NCBI RefSeq assembly: GCF_963921235.1
Contig: NC_086097.1
Span: 177,570,001-177,634,000 of the forward strand
Length of the DNA stretch: 64,000 nt
Source of the DNA: Mobula hypostoma
Lineage: Eukaryota
Direction of reading: 5' to 3'
Shown here: in pieces, positions 13,024 to 24,630 of the stretch
Layout: each line of letters begins with the position of its first letter
How positions within the stretch are numbered: the stretch's first letter is position 1
Notes under the pieces: model-generated
The model's input: only the letters and a program-made list of their open reading frames with translations
What the model was told of the DNA's origin: nothing
Databases searched by the model: none
Made by a program: the position numbers and the translations under genes

Positions 13024-16000
13024 ATTGGGAGTAGGTCTTATTTGAGCCGATAAAGAGAAAGGAAGTGTAAGGCTGAGTTAGAGTTGCCACTGTTAGGGTG
13101 GTCCGGCTTTAGCTCAGCAAGTTTGGGCAGAGCAGACGGAGATTCTAAGCAAATTTGTAGTAAGTTTTATTAGTACATTGCTAGTTCACCGAGAACAGGC
13201 CTAGAGTTAGTGGTATGTTCCTTGTGTGAGATGTGGGAACATTTGGAGACCTCCAGTCTCCCTGATTACTACATCTGCACGATGTGCACCAAGCTGCAAC
13301 TCCATATAGACCGTATTAAGGAACGGGAGCTGCAGCTCGATGACCCTTGGTTCATACAGGAGAATGAGGAGGAGATAGATAAGAGCTACTGGGTGGTAGT
13401 CACCCCTAAGTCACAGGAGGCAGGTACCTGGATGATTGTTAAGGGAGGGAAAAGGAAATGGGTAGCCAATGCAGAGTGGCCCTGTAACTGGTCTCCTCAA
13501 TAATAAATTCTGCTCTGGATACTGTTACGGGCTGGGGGGGGGTGGTGCAGCAGGGAGAAGCTGCAGAGAGTAGCTCTCTGGCACTGAGTCTAGCACTGTA
13601 GCTCAGAAGGAAAGAGGCGAGAAGAGGAGAGCAGTAATGATGGGGGATTCCATAGTTAGGGGAATAGACATGATCCCATTGTCATGGTAAAGAAATCCGA
13701 ATGGTATTTTGCCTCCCAATTGCCAAGGACAGGGATGTCTCAGATAAGGTCCACATCATTCTAAAGGAGGAGGGTGTGAACAGCCAGAAGTCATGGTAGA
13801 ACATGGGTGGGAAATGTGAGGAGGTCCTGAAAAGGGAATACTAGGGATTTGGGTAGAAAGCTGAAAAGTTGGACCTCCAGGTTAGTAATCTCTGGATTGC
13901 TGCCTGTGCCAAATGGCAGTAAGGATAAGAATAGGATGATTTGGCACATGAATGAGTGGCTGGGGAATTGCTTCGGGGGCAGGGTTTCAGATTTCTGGAT
14001 TATTGGGATCTCTTCTAGGGAAATGTATAACCTGTACAAAATGGACAAGTTATACCTGAACCCCAGGAGGGCCAATATCCTTGCAGGCAGGTTTGCTAGA
14101 GCTTTTGGAGAGGGTTTAAACTAATTTTAAAGGGAATGGGAACCACACTATTGGCGATTGACGTATAAGTAGATGCATTATGTAGTGAGCGTGTGGGGAA
14201 GGACAGGCAGATGATACAGCAGAATAGCAGTCAGTGGGATAAGTTGAAGTGTAACATGAGTAAAAAATCGAAAAATCTGATGAATGCAGGACTTAAGGTG
14301 TTACATTTAAGAGCATGCAGTAAAAGGAATAAGGTAAATCACCTTGTAGCACAATTAGAGATTGCTAGTTACAAGTCGTACTCAGCCGTAGCTGAAAGCA
14401 GATCATAGTCGGGAGCTTAACATCCAAGGATACAGATTGTATCAGAAGGACGAACAGGTAGATAGTGGGGGTGGGTGGCTCCATTGGTTTAAAAAAAATG
14501 AAATCGAATCCCAAGAAAGAAGTGATATAGGATAGGAAGATATAGTATACTTGTGGGTAGAGTTAAGGGTAAAAAGACCCTGATGAGAGTGCAAACAGAC
14601 CTCCAAATAGCAGGCAGGATGTTGTTTACAAATTACAACAGCAGATAGAAAAGGCATGTTAAAAGGGCAATATTTCAGTAATCATGGGGAATTTTAATCT
14701 ACAGGTAGATGGGGAAAATCAGAATGTTGCTGGATCCCATGAGAAGGAATTTGGAGAATGCCTACAAGATGCCTTTTTTTAGAGCAGCTTGTGATTGAAG
14801 CCACTAGGAAAAAAGCAATTCTGGATTGGGTGTTAAGTAATGAACCAGATTTGATTAGGGAGCTTAAGGTAAAGGAACCCTTAGGAAACATTAATCATAA
14901 TATTATATAATTCACCCTGCAATTTGAGAGGGAAAAGAGAAAATCAGACCTATCAGTGTTATAATAGAGAAAAGGGAATTACAGAGGCACGAGAGAAGAG
15001 CTGGCCAAACATGATTGGACGGGGACACTAACAAGGATGACGGCAGAACAACAATGGCTGGTGCTTCTGGAGACAATTCGGAAGATGCAGGTAGATACAT
15101 CCCAAAGGAGAAGTATTCTAAACCATGGCTGACAAAGAAAGTCAAAACCAATATAAATACAAAAGAGAGGGCGTATAAGAGCGAAAATTAGTGGGAAGTT
15201 AGTAGATTGGGAAGCTTTAAAAAACCAGCAGTAGGCAACTGAAAAACTAAGAAGAGGAAATATGAAATGTGAAGCTAGCCAATAATATCAAAGAGGATGC
15301 GAAATTTTTTTTTAGATATATGAAAAGTAAAGGAGAGGTGAGAGTAAGTATCGTACTGTTGGAAGAAGATGCTGGAGAGGTAGTAATGGGGACAGAGAAA
15401 TGATGGAAAAAAATGCTTGGGAAGAAGAAAGGTCTGAAGGTAGATAAATTACCGGGACCCAATGGACTGCACACTGAGGTTCTGAAAGAGGTGGCTGAAG
15501 AGATTGTGGAGGCATTAGTGATGATCTGTCAAGAATCACTAGGTTCTGGAGGACTGAAAGATTACAAAGGTCACTCTAATCATTAAGAAAGGAGGGTGGC
15601 TGAACAGAGGGAATTATAGGCCATTTAGCCTGACCTCTATGTTTGGGAAGATGTTTGGAGTCCAGTATTAAGGACGAGGTTTCGGGTACTTAGAGGCACA
15701 TGATAAAGTAGCCCAATTCAGCATGGTTTCTTAAGGGGAAATGTTGCTTGATAAATCTGTTGGAATTCTTTGAGGAAACAGCCGGCGAGGTAAACAAAGA
15801 CTCAGTGAAAGTTGTTTACTTGGAATTTCAGAAGGCCTTTGACAAAGTGTCGCACATGAGTTTTCTTAACAAGATAAGCACCCATGACATTACAGGAAAG
15901 ATACTAGCATGGGTAGAAAATTGGCTGACTGATAAGAGGCAAAGAGTGGTAATAAATGGGGCCTTTTGAGGTTTGCTGCTGGAGACTAGTGGTGTGTGCA

Positions 16001-16320
16001 GGTGTCTGTGTTTGGACTGCTTATTTTCAAATTATATGCCAGTGATTTAGATGAAATTGAGGGCTTTGTGGCCAGATTTGTGGACAATGCAAAGACAGGT
16101 GCAGGGTCAAGTAGTGCCAAGGAAGCAGGGGAAGCTGCAGATGAACTTGGATATGGAGAGTGAGCAAAGGTGCAGCAGGTGGAAAACAGTGTCAACAAGT
16201 GTATGGTTATGCACTTTGGTAGAAGGAACAAAAATGTAGACTATTCTCTAAATGGGCAGAAAATTCAAAAATCCGAGATGCAAAAGGACATGGGAGTCCT
16301 TGTGTAGGCTTCCCTAAAGC

Positions 16321-17152
16321 CCTAACGATGGAGATGAGACTAAGTACAGGGCTACGACAGGAAACTTTGTCACATGGTGTGAGCAGAATTATCTGCAGCT
16401 TAATGTGAAAAAGACTAAGGAGCTGGTGGTAGACCTGAGGAGAGCTAAGGTACCGGTGACCTCTGTTTCCATCCAGGGGGTCAGTGTGGACATGGTAGAG
16501 GATTACAAATACCTGGGGATACAAATTGACAATAAGCTGGACTGGTCTAAGGACACTGAGGCTGTCTACAAGAAGGGTCAGAGCCGTCTCTATTTCCTGA
16601 GGAGACTGAGGTCCTTTAACATCTGCTGGACGATGCTGAGGATGTTCTATGAGTCTGTGGTGGCCAGTGCTATCATGTTTGCTGTTGTGTGCTGGGGCAG
16701 CAGGCTGAGGGTAGCAGACACCAACAGAATCAACAAACTCATTCGTAAGGCCAGTGATGTTGTGGGGATGGAACTGGACTCTCTCACGGTGGTGTCTGAA
16801 AAGAGGATGCTGTCTAAGTTGCATGCCATCTTGGTCAATGTCTCCCATCCACTACATAATGTACTGGGTGGGCACAGGAGTACATTCAGCCAGAGACTCA
16901 TTCCTCCGAGATGCAACACTGAGCGTCATAGGAAGTCATTCCTGCCTGTGGCCATCAAACTTTACAACTCCTCCCTTGGAAGGTCAGACATCCTGAGCCA
17001 ATAGGCTGGTCCTGGACTTATTTCATAATTTACTGGCATAATTTACATATTACTATTTAACTATTTATGGTTCTATTACTATTTATTATTTATGGAGCAA
17101 CGGTAATGAAAACCAATTTCCCCCGGGATTAATGAAGTATGACTATGACTAT
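16321..17152 (+). mobile_element. Young 5'-truncated Rex1/Babar-like LINE nested in CR1
   Basis: Open frame to 17004 (KTKELVVDLRR, YKYLGIQIDNKLDW, RLYFLRRLRSF, HPLH) and a (TATGAC)n tail. Splits the host at CCCTAAAG|TAACTTG. Confidence 0.8.
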
Positions 17153-17281
17153 TAACTTGTAGGTCGGTGGTAAGGAAGTCAAGTACAATGGAGTTTTGTG
17201 AGATGTTCAGGCATTGGAGATGGTCCAGAGAAGGTTCACGAGAATGATGGCAGGGATGAAATGGTTAATGTATGATGACTG

Positions 17282-17976
17282 TGTAGCCCCCTTGGCCACC
17301 CTCAGGGTCGCTCGGCTCGCTGTCGTCTAGGGAAACAGCCCTCGGCCCCGCCAAACTGGGTAATTAGTTTGTGTGGATGCTGTGTGATGTACCCCACCCC
17401 GCCCAAATAACAGACAATACACCAGATACGACTAAATGATTTACAGTTTATAGATATTACTGGAACTATATAATTAATAGAGAATAAAATATAAAAGGAA
17501 AATAAAAGGCGCCACACTTATCAAAGTTCAATCTCTTCGTGCACAAAACAGTTGGAGCTCAAGGACCACCTTCTTCACCCTGCGACCCCTCGGACCACCT
17601 CGACCGGCCGCCTGGGACCAACAATGGTGGTCGACCAGACACTCCACACGAGTCTGTCTCAGTCTCCTCGCCGAACGTCCCGCTCGGGGTCCGACCCCGT
17701 TAGCGGACTCACAGCACCTCGTCCATCCTCTGTCTCGCTCTCCCGCCTTCTTCCCCAAAACCCCGCGCATACAGTATCTTCAAATACACCAAAACCATAA
17801 CAACTATCCCAAATGGTTCATAACATCATCTTATCAGTAACGTGATTCAACAAACTGCCAGCGGGAAGAACTTTCTCAGAGTTTAACATAACAAAGAAGC
17901 ATTCCTAAGTATAACGTAACAAAGAAGCCATTTTAATTAGCCTCCACAGTAACATAAAAGACGAAACCCCCTTACA
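17282..17976. mobile_element. Solo LTR (695 bp)
   Basis: TGTA...TACA termini with 4-bp flanks ACTG/ATTG. CpG-rich and non-coding; interrupts CR1 ORF2 cleanly. Confidence 0.7.
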
Positions 17977-18044
17977 ATTGTTTAATGGCTCTGGGCCTGT
18001 GCTTGCTGGAGTTTAGAAGAATGAGGCGTGGATCTCACTAGAAA

Positions 18045-18600
18045 TCCTACAAAAAGAAGTGGATAAGGCCTAGTCCATTACCAGTAAAGCCCTCCCCACC
18101 ATTGAGCACATCTACATGAAACCCTGTCTCAGGAAAGCAGCATCCATCATAAGGGACCTCCACCAACTAGGACATGTTCTTTTCTCATTGCTGCCATCAG
18201 GAAGTAGGTATAGGAGCCTCAGGACTCACCGATAGATTCAGGAACAGTTACTACACTTCAACCATTGGCCTCTTGAACCAAAGAGGATAACTTCACTTGC
18301 CCCATCATTGAAATTGTCCCACAACCAATGGGGTCACTTTCAAGGACTCTTCATCTCATGACCTCAAGATTTATTGCTTATTTTGTTTATTATTATTATT
18401 ATTATTTCTTTCTTTTTGTATTTGCAGTTTGTTGAATCTTGCACATTGGTTGATTGCCCAAGTTGGTGCGTTCTTTTATTTATTCTGTTATGGTTATTAT
18501 TCTATGGATTTATTGAGCATGTCAGCAAGAAAATAAATCTCAGGGTTGTATATGGTGACATGTACTTTGATAACAAATTTACTTTGAAGTTTAAACTTTG
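18045..18600 (+). mobile_element. LINE 3' fragment nested in CR1
   Basis: 'LLPSGSRYRSLRT' region and a 3' UTR ending AAATTTACTTTGAAGTTTAAACTTTG. Same family as ~61515-62120. Confidence 0.7.
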
Positions 18601-19074
18601 AAAGCTTTGGAGAAAATGGACATAGAGAGGATATTTCCTATTGTGGGTGATTCCAGGACCAAAGGGCACAGCTTCAGACTGGAGCAGGAGTTGCCAACCT
18701 GGGCTCCACGGATTCTTTCTTAATGGTATTGGTCCATGGCATTAAAAAGGTTGGGAACCCCTGGACGAGAGAGATGTCTGTTTAGAACAACTGAGCAGGA
18801 ATTTCTTTAGTGAGGGAGTGGTGAATCTGAGGAATTCATTGCCACATGTGACCAAGTCATTGAATATATTTAAATCGGATTAGTTCTTGATTAGTCAGGG
18901 TATCAAAGGTTATGGTGAAAAGGCAGAATGGGGTTGAGAGGGATAATAAATCAGCAATGATGGAATGGCAGAGCAGACTCGATGGGTTGAATGGCCTAAT
19001 TCTATTCCTATGTCTTATGGTTTTATTAACCATTCCCAGCTACTCAATTCCACTCTGTACCTGGAAGGGCATAA

Positions 19075-19265
19075 AACTACCTGCTGGAGGAACTGGGAGT
19101 GTTAAGCAGCAGCTTCTCTGGAGGCAAAGAGATGGTTGTTGTTTTGGGTTGAGATCCAGTCAGGGCAGTCTTGACCCAAAGCATCAGCAATTCTTCTGCC
19201 TCAGGTGCTACCTGATGTGCTGAGTTTCTTGACAGTGTATTCTTTGTTCCTGATCCTGGCAGTTG
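19075..19265. mobile_element. Old inverted pair of Penelope-like terminal segments
   Basis: Imperfect inverted repeat centred at ~19163 (TTTGGGTTGAGAT / GTCTTGACCCAAA). Confidence 0.5.
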
Positions 19266-19469
19266 TCACCCCAGTGTTTCTAGAGGACTTATTTGTGGCT
19301 ATTATTTTCTGGGCTTATTCAGATGGTCTTTAGTTATGGAGAGAATTTCTGTACCTCCCATCCTCTTAGGTAGTGAGTTCCAGGTCCCCATCAAAATGTC
19401 CTCATTTTCCTGGTTTTGGAGTGTTTATATTCTCTGCTTAGACTTTTCTGTTCAAAGGAGACAAGAGTA

Positions 19470-19860
19470 ATTCTGGTCACTCCATTACAGAAAAGATGTG
19501 GAGGCTTTGTAGAGGGTCCTGAAGTGATTCACTAGGGTGCTGCCTGGATTAGGGGACATGAGCTATATGGACAGGTTGGACAAACTTGTGTTATTTTCCC
19601 TGGAGCATCAGGAGCTGAGTGGAGACCAGACAGATATTTATAAAATGATGATAGACACAGAGTCAGAATATTTTTTCCAGGATAGAAATATCAAGTACTA
19701 GAGGACATGCATTTAAGGTGAGAGGGCAAAAGTTTAAAGGAAGTGTAGGTCAAGTATTTTTTTTACTAGGAGTGTGAAGTGTCAGAGATGGAGGATGCAG
19801 ATACAACAGTGACATTTAAGAGGCTATAAGATGGCGTGACTGTGCAGGAATGCGGGGCTA
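19470..19860 (+). mobile_element. Degenerate CR1 3' fragment
   Basis: CR1 ORF2 C-terminal nucleotide motifs (GATTCACTAGGGTGCTGCCTGGATT, ACTAGAGGACATGCATTTAAGGTGAGAGGG). Confidence 0.65.
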
Positions 19861-20256
19861 TACTGTAGTGCTCATAGTATCACCTCAGTCTAGCTGCAGG
19901 CAGTTTCTCCTCTACTGCAGCCAAGTCCCTCACGGTTTTGAGTGCTTAGATTAATTCTCAGCTTCATCTTCTCTGATCAAAAAAAAAGCACTGCTGGGTT
20001 TTCTTCTGTCTCTGTGGACTGCTCCCTCCCTCCACTATCTGGAAAGACTCTGTAGAGACTTTAATAATGTCCTCAAGTGTCCCGTTGACCATCTCTAACA
20101 GCTGATGGTATTTCACCTTTAAGTGAAAAATTGCTCTACCAGCTTGTGTATTGAGGGTTCAGTTCATTTCATAGTCATAGAGTTGAACCACACAGAAACA
20201 GGCACTTCGGCCTACCATATCCATTCCATCCTATTTGCCTTGTATCATAATTGTAT

Positions 20257-20492
20257 CTTACTGTGATTTGTCTGGAACAGGGCAGCACAGTGTCCTGCTG
20301 TGTTATAGCTCCTGGCCTTACTGTGATTTGTCTGGAACAGGGTAGCACAGTGTCCTGCTGTGTTATAGCTCTTGACACTGTGATTTGTCTGGAACAGGGT
20401 AGCACAGTGTCCTGCTGTGTTATAGCTCCTGGCCTTACTGTGATTTGTCTGGAACAGGGTAGTACAGTGTCCTGCTGCGTTATAGCTCCTGG
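20257..20492. repeat. Minisatellite, four copies of a 60/57-bp unit
   Basis: Unit CTTACTGTGATTTGTCTGGAACAGGGTAGCACAGTGTCCTGCTGTGTTATAGCTCCTGGC repeated head to tail; one copy lacks CTT. Confidence 0.95.
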
Positions 20493-21624
20493 ATTCAGTG
20501 CAAACCTCCACTGTTGCTTGGGTACTTGAAATATTCTCCCTGTTGCCGCAAGAGCTCCCTCAGCATGCCCGGTCAGCTAATTGTATCCCAGAGATGAGGT
20601 GACTTAGAGCAGGTAAATCCCAAAGTGAGCCAAAGGGGAGTTGATGGGCTTTTGCTGGGGTAAATTGGTTTATTATCACTTAGCGAGAACAGTGAAAACT
20701 TTGTTTTGCATGCCATCCATAAAGACCATTTATTACAGCAGTGCTTTGAGGTAGAACAAGGGAAGAACAATAACAGAACGAGGTGTGACAGTCACAGAGT
20801 GCAATGCGGGCAGACAGTGAGGTGCAAGGTCATAATGAGGCAGATTATGAGATCCGGAGCTCGTCCTATATACGAGGGGATCATTCAGTAGTGGGTTAGA
20901 AGCTGTGTTTGATTTTAGTGATGTCTGCTTTCTGGCTTCTGTGTCTTCTGCTTGCTGAGTGGAGGACAGAGAATGTCTGTGGTGGATGGGGAATATTCAT
21001 TGTGTTGGCTACTTTACTGAGACAGCGTCCATGGGAAGGAGGCTGATGTCCACAATGTGCTGAACAGTATCTACAACCTTCTGCAGTTTCTTGCATTCAC
21101 AGGCAGAGCAATTGCCTTATCAAGCCACGTTGCACCGGATTGCATGAGTTGCCGCAGCCATGGGCAATGGGAGCAATTGGACAGCAGATTCTGCACAGCA
21201 TGACCCTTGTGGGCTGAATGGTCTCCTGAGTTGTGATAAATTAGGAAGGAAGCACTGAGCATTGTGTTTGACTCACTGGAAAATATCAGCCGCCTTTTCC
21301 AATAATGGAGAGAGAGCTGAGGCATGGAGTGAAAATTCCAGGACTGCTCCACAGTCTCTCTCCATAAAAGGCTGTTGAACGATACACAGTTTACCAGTTG
21401 GTATCTGATGCAGGTTTTAATAGCTGTTTCGAGCAGTGGAGTTCTGAAAGGTACTTGATGAGTGACTTTACAAAGGTCTGCTTTTCATATCCTGAAATGA
21501 GCAGCAGGGCATGGTTCCAGGAAAGTAGAAAACACTTGATACTTTCCAATGTTTAACATACTTCATTGTTACAGATTATAGAATTAGCCCTGACTTTCTC
21601 ACCCGGGTAGTTACTTTCAGACAG

Positions 21625-22225
21625 AACGACACATACAAAATGCTGGAGGAACCCAGTAAGTCAATTAGCAGCTATAGAGAAGAATAAACAGTCAACGTTT
21701 CAGGACAAGGCCCTTTATCAGGATTAGAAGGGGGAAGCCAGGATGAGGAGGGGAGGAGTGCAAGCTGGCTGGTAACAGGTGAGGGGGAGGGGGAGTAGTT
21801 TGGGGAGGGGAAGGATGAATTAAGAAGATGCGAGGTGATAGACGGAAAAGGTAAAGGGCTGAAGAAGGAGGGATCTAATAGTGGGCCAAGAAAGAAAGGG
21901 AAGGAGGGAGGTGATGGGCAATTGGAAGAAGAGAAGAGGTGCCCTCATGGCAATAGAGCCAGCCATGGACAGAATGGGTAGTTGAATTGAAATGGCAGCC
22001 ACTGGGAGATCCTGCCATTTACACCTTCCCCCTCACCTGGTCTCCTCAGTCATCTTGCCAGCTTGTACTCCTTCCTGTCCTCCACCCTATTCTGGCTTCT
22101 GCCCCATTCCTTTCCAGTCCTCATGAAAGGCTCAGCCCAAAGCATTAACCTCTTTATTTCCCTCCATGGATGCTGAGTTTCTCCAGCATTTAGTGTGTGC
22201 TGCTGAAGATTTTCAACATTGTAGA
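21625..22225. mobile_element. Penelope-like remnant in inverted arrangement
   Basis: Purine-rich minus copy with a mutated hammerhead (CAGTCAACGTTTCAGG..CCTTTATCAGGA), then a pyrimidine-rich plus copy from ~22020. Confidence 0.6.
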
Positions 22226-22244
22226 AAGTTGTGTTTATCATCGG

Positions 22245-23130
22245 ACAGAGTATTGGGACAGGAGCTGGGATGTCATGTTATAGTTGTAAAGGGCATTGCC
22301 ATGTGTGGAATATTGTATGCAGTCCCAGTCTCCATCCAAAAGGAAGGATGTGATTAAGCCAGAGAAATTGCAGAAAAGATTCACTAGGATGTTGCCTGGA
22401 CTGGTAGGTTTGAGCCTGGATAGGCGGGTTTGAGCCTGGATAGGCTAGGATGGTTTTCCCTGTGCTGAAGAAGAGGGGTGACTTTAGAGAGGCTTATAAA
22501 ATAATGAGGGATATACATAAGGTGAATGGTCACAGTCTTTTTTGATAAGAGTCTAAAACTAAGAGGTCATAAGGTGAAAAGGGAGGGATTTAAAGCAAAC
22601 CTAAACAGCAACTTTTCACACAGGCCATGGTGAGTATAAGGAATGAGCTGCCAAAGGAAATGGTTGAGGCAGGGATAATAATATCAACTAAGAAGCACTT
22701 GAATAAGTACATGGACAAGAGGGGGTTGGATGGTGTGGTATGTGGTATAGGGACTGATTTACAATATTTAAAAAGACATTTGAATGGGTACATGGATAAG
22801 AAAGGTTTAGAGCAATATGAGCCAAATGCAGCATTCGGGACTAGCATAGGAAGCTAAAGGTTGAGCTTTAGAGGTTGATAGGAGGGGTATAGGTAAGGTA
22901 CATGATCAATGTTTTCATTGGGTGGGGGGGGCACAGGTTTAAGGTGAGAGAGGGAAGATTTAAAGGGGACCTGAGGGGCAAGCTTTTCACAGAGCTTATG
23001 CACAGAGGAAACGGTAAAGGCGAGTACAATTACAAAATTGTAAAGGTACACAGATGGGAGAAGTTTAGAGGGATGGGGGTCAAACAAAGGCAAATGGGAC
23101 TAGCTTAGTTGGGAAACTTGGCCGGCGTGA
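22245..23130 (+). mobile_element. Degenerate CR1 3' fragments
   Basis: Repeated CR1 ORF2 C-terminal motifs (NELPKEMVEAG, GHRFKVREGRFKGDLRGK). Confidence 0.65.
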
Positions 23131-23201
23131 GTCACAGCCTTAGTTTCGATCTTATGGGTGACTCAGTCCCACACAGTAACCTAATGCAGTTTTTTGTTTA
23201 A

Positions 23202-23420
<219 letters not shown>

Positions 23421-24630
23421 GGCCTTGGTTCCTCCCCCTCCCCCCCACCCCACCGGGATCAAATGTTGCTGACTACGAACTTTTAACCGATTTATTCCCA
23501 GCAGAAGCAACAAACATACATACACATCACACTCACGAGGTAAAGGCTAGGCTTTAACTCACTAGTCAGTTATAACAGGCGCTTGTCAAAAGCTTTGGTG
23601 TAGGTTGCAAAGTTTGCATCAGCGGGATAATCGGTAAATTGACACTGTTTTAAGGAGAGAAATTAATTGGTTATAAGAGCTCTGTCACACTTGAACTTCA
23701 AAGTACAGAAGCACTGGGACGTTGTGCCTTTTTGTACACTTTTTGATCTGATTCATTAGAGTTAATTTACATGCTTTAACAATAACTGTGACATTTTTTG
23801 AAGTGATTATCTCTTTTTTTTCTGCTGCCCCTCCTCAGGTGAAAATGGGGATGGGGGAAAACATGGTTTAGGAAATAATGAGCTGTTCTCTGCTTTTTTT
23901 AGTTTTAAGAAAGATGCTAAGAACACCAAATTTCGTAAACCTGCTGTCCGTTTTATTAAGCGTGGAAGGTCAGCCAGTGATCCATCGGATTCCTGTTTTG
24001 GAAGTGCTAAAGTTTAACTTGGGTTGAGTAGAGAGTTAAATGGTGGAGATCACCGCCTGGATTTATAATGGGGCCTTTTAGATTTTGTCTTCTCGATGGG
24101 GTTTGGGGTTGGGAGCAGAAGTTTACATTTGGGAGGAAGAGTTTGTGTTCCAGACTCAAGCCAAGACCTGATACTGACATTTCTTTTTGGTTGTTTTTTT
24201 TGTTTTAAATCCACTGTATAAAATGAAAGTGTACATAATGTTAAAAGCTGTAGTCGACAAGATCTTCGGGACATGTTTGAGAAAAAAAATTTCAAAAAGA
24301 AAAAAAAAATTGAGCGATTCCAAGGAATTTTTGTTGCATGTTTTTCCCCTGACTGGGTGAACCTAGCGATGGAAAACACTTCTGGAGAACATGATTGTTG
24401 ACCGATTTGAGACGTAGATAGACCATGACAATGATGACTATTTTCTTTGTAATTCTTAACTAGCACAAGCATTTTACATAATTTGTACCAAAAAGCAACA
24501 GGGGTGGGGTTGTAGCTGGAGCACTAATTAATGAAGCAAGAGGGAGTAGCAATGGTGTTGGCAATTTTCGTGCACCTGGAGTATTGCACCTCTGCCCCTG
24601 AAATAAATTAAAGGCTACTTTTTTGATTTT
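23421..24630 (+). other. cdh2: cdh2 3' UTR (end approximate)
   Basis: AU-rich sequence with no recognisable repeat, running from the stop codon to an AATAAA/ATTAAA signal followed by a U/GU-rich tract. Transposon sequence resumes at ~24780. Confidence 0.75.
24602..24612 (+). promoter_or_regulatory. Polyadenylation signal (overlapping AATAAA and ATTAAA)
   Basis: AATAAA at 24602-24607 and ATTAAA at 24607-24612, followed by tttttgattttttttgctgttggctttattttgt. Confidence 0.7.

Larger units (their letters stand above)
13030..19022 (+). mobile_element. Near-full-length degenerate CR1 LINE (ORF1 zinc finger and esterase-like domain, ORF2 EN/RT) with three nested insertions
   Basis: ORF1 CSLC..YICTMC followed by a coiled coil, then GDSIVRG and VISGLLP. 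ORF2 remnants LDWVLSNEP, NLLEFFEE, FQKAFDKV. CR1 tail TATGTCTTATGGT ends at ~19021. Confidence 0.85.

Noticed and set aside
20175..20529. Repetitive ORFs on both strands and a CRISPR-like look
   Set aside because: Unit lengths are multiples of 3, which keeps frames open. There are no unique spacers or cas genes, and the context is a vertebrate intron.
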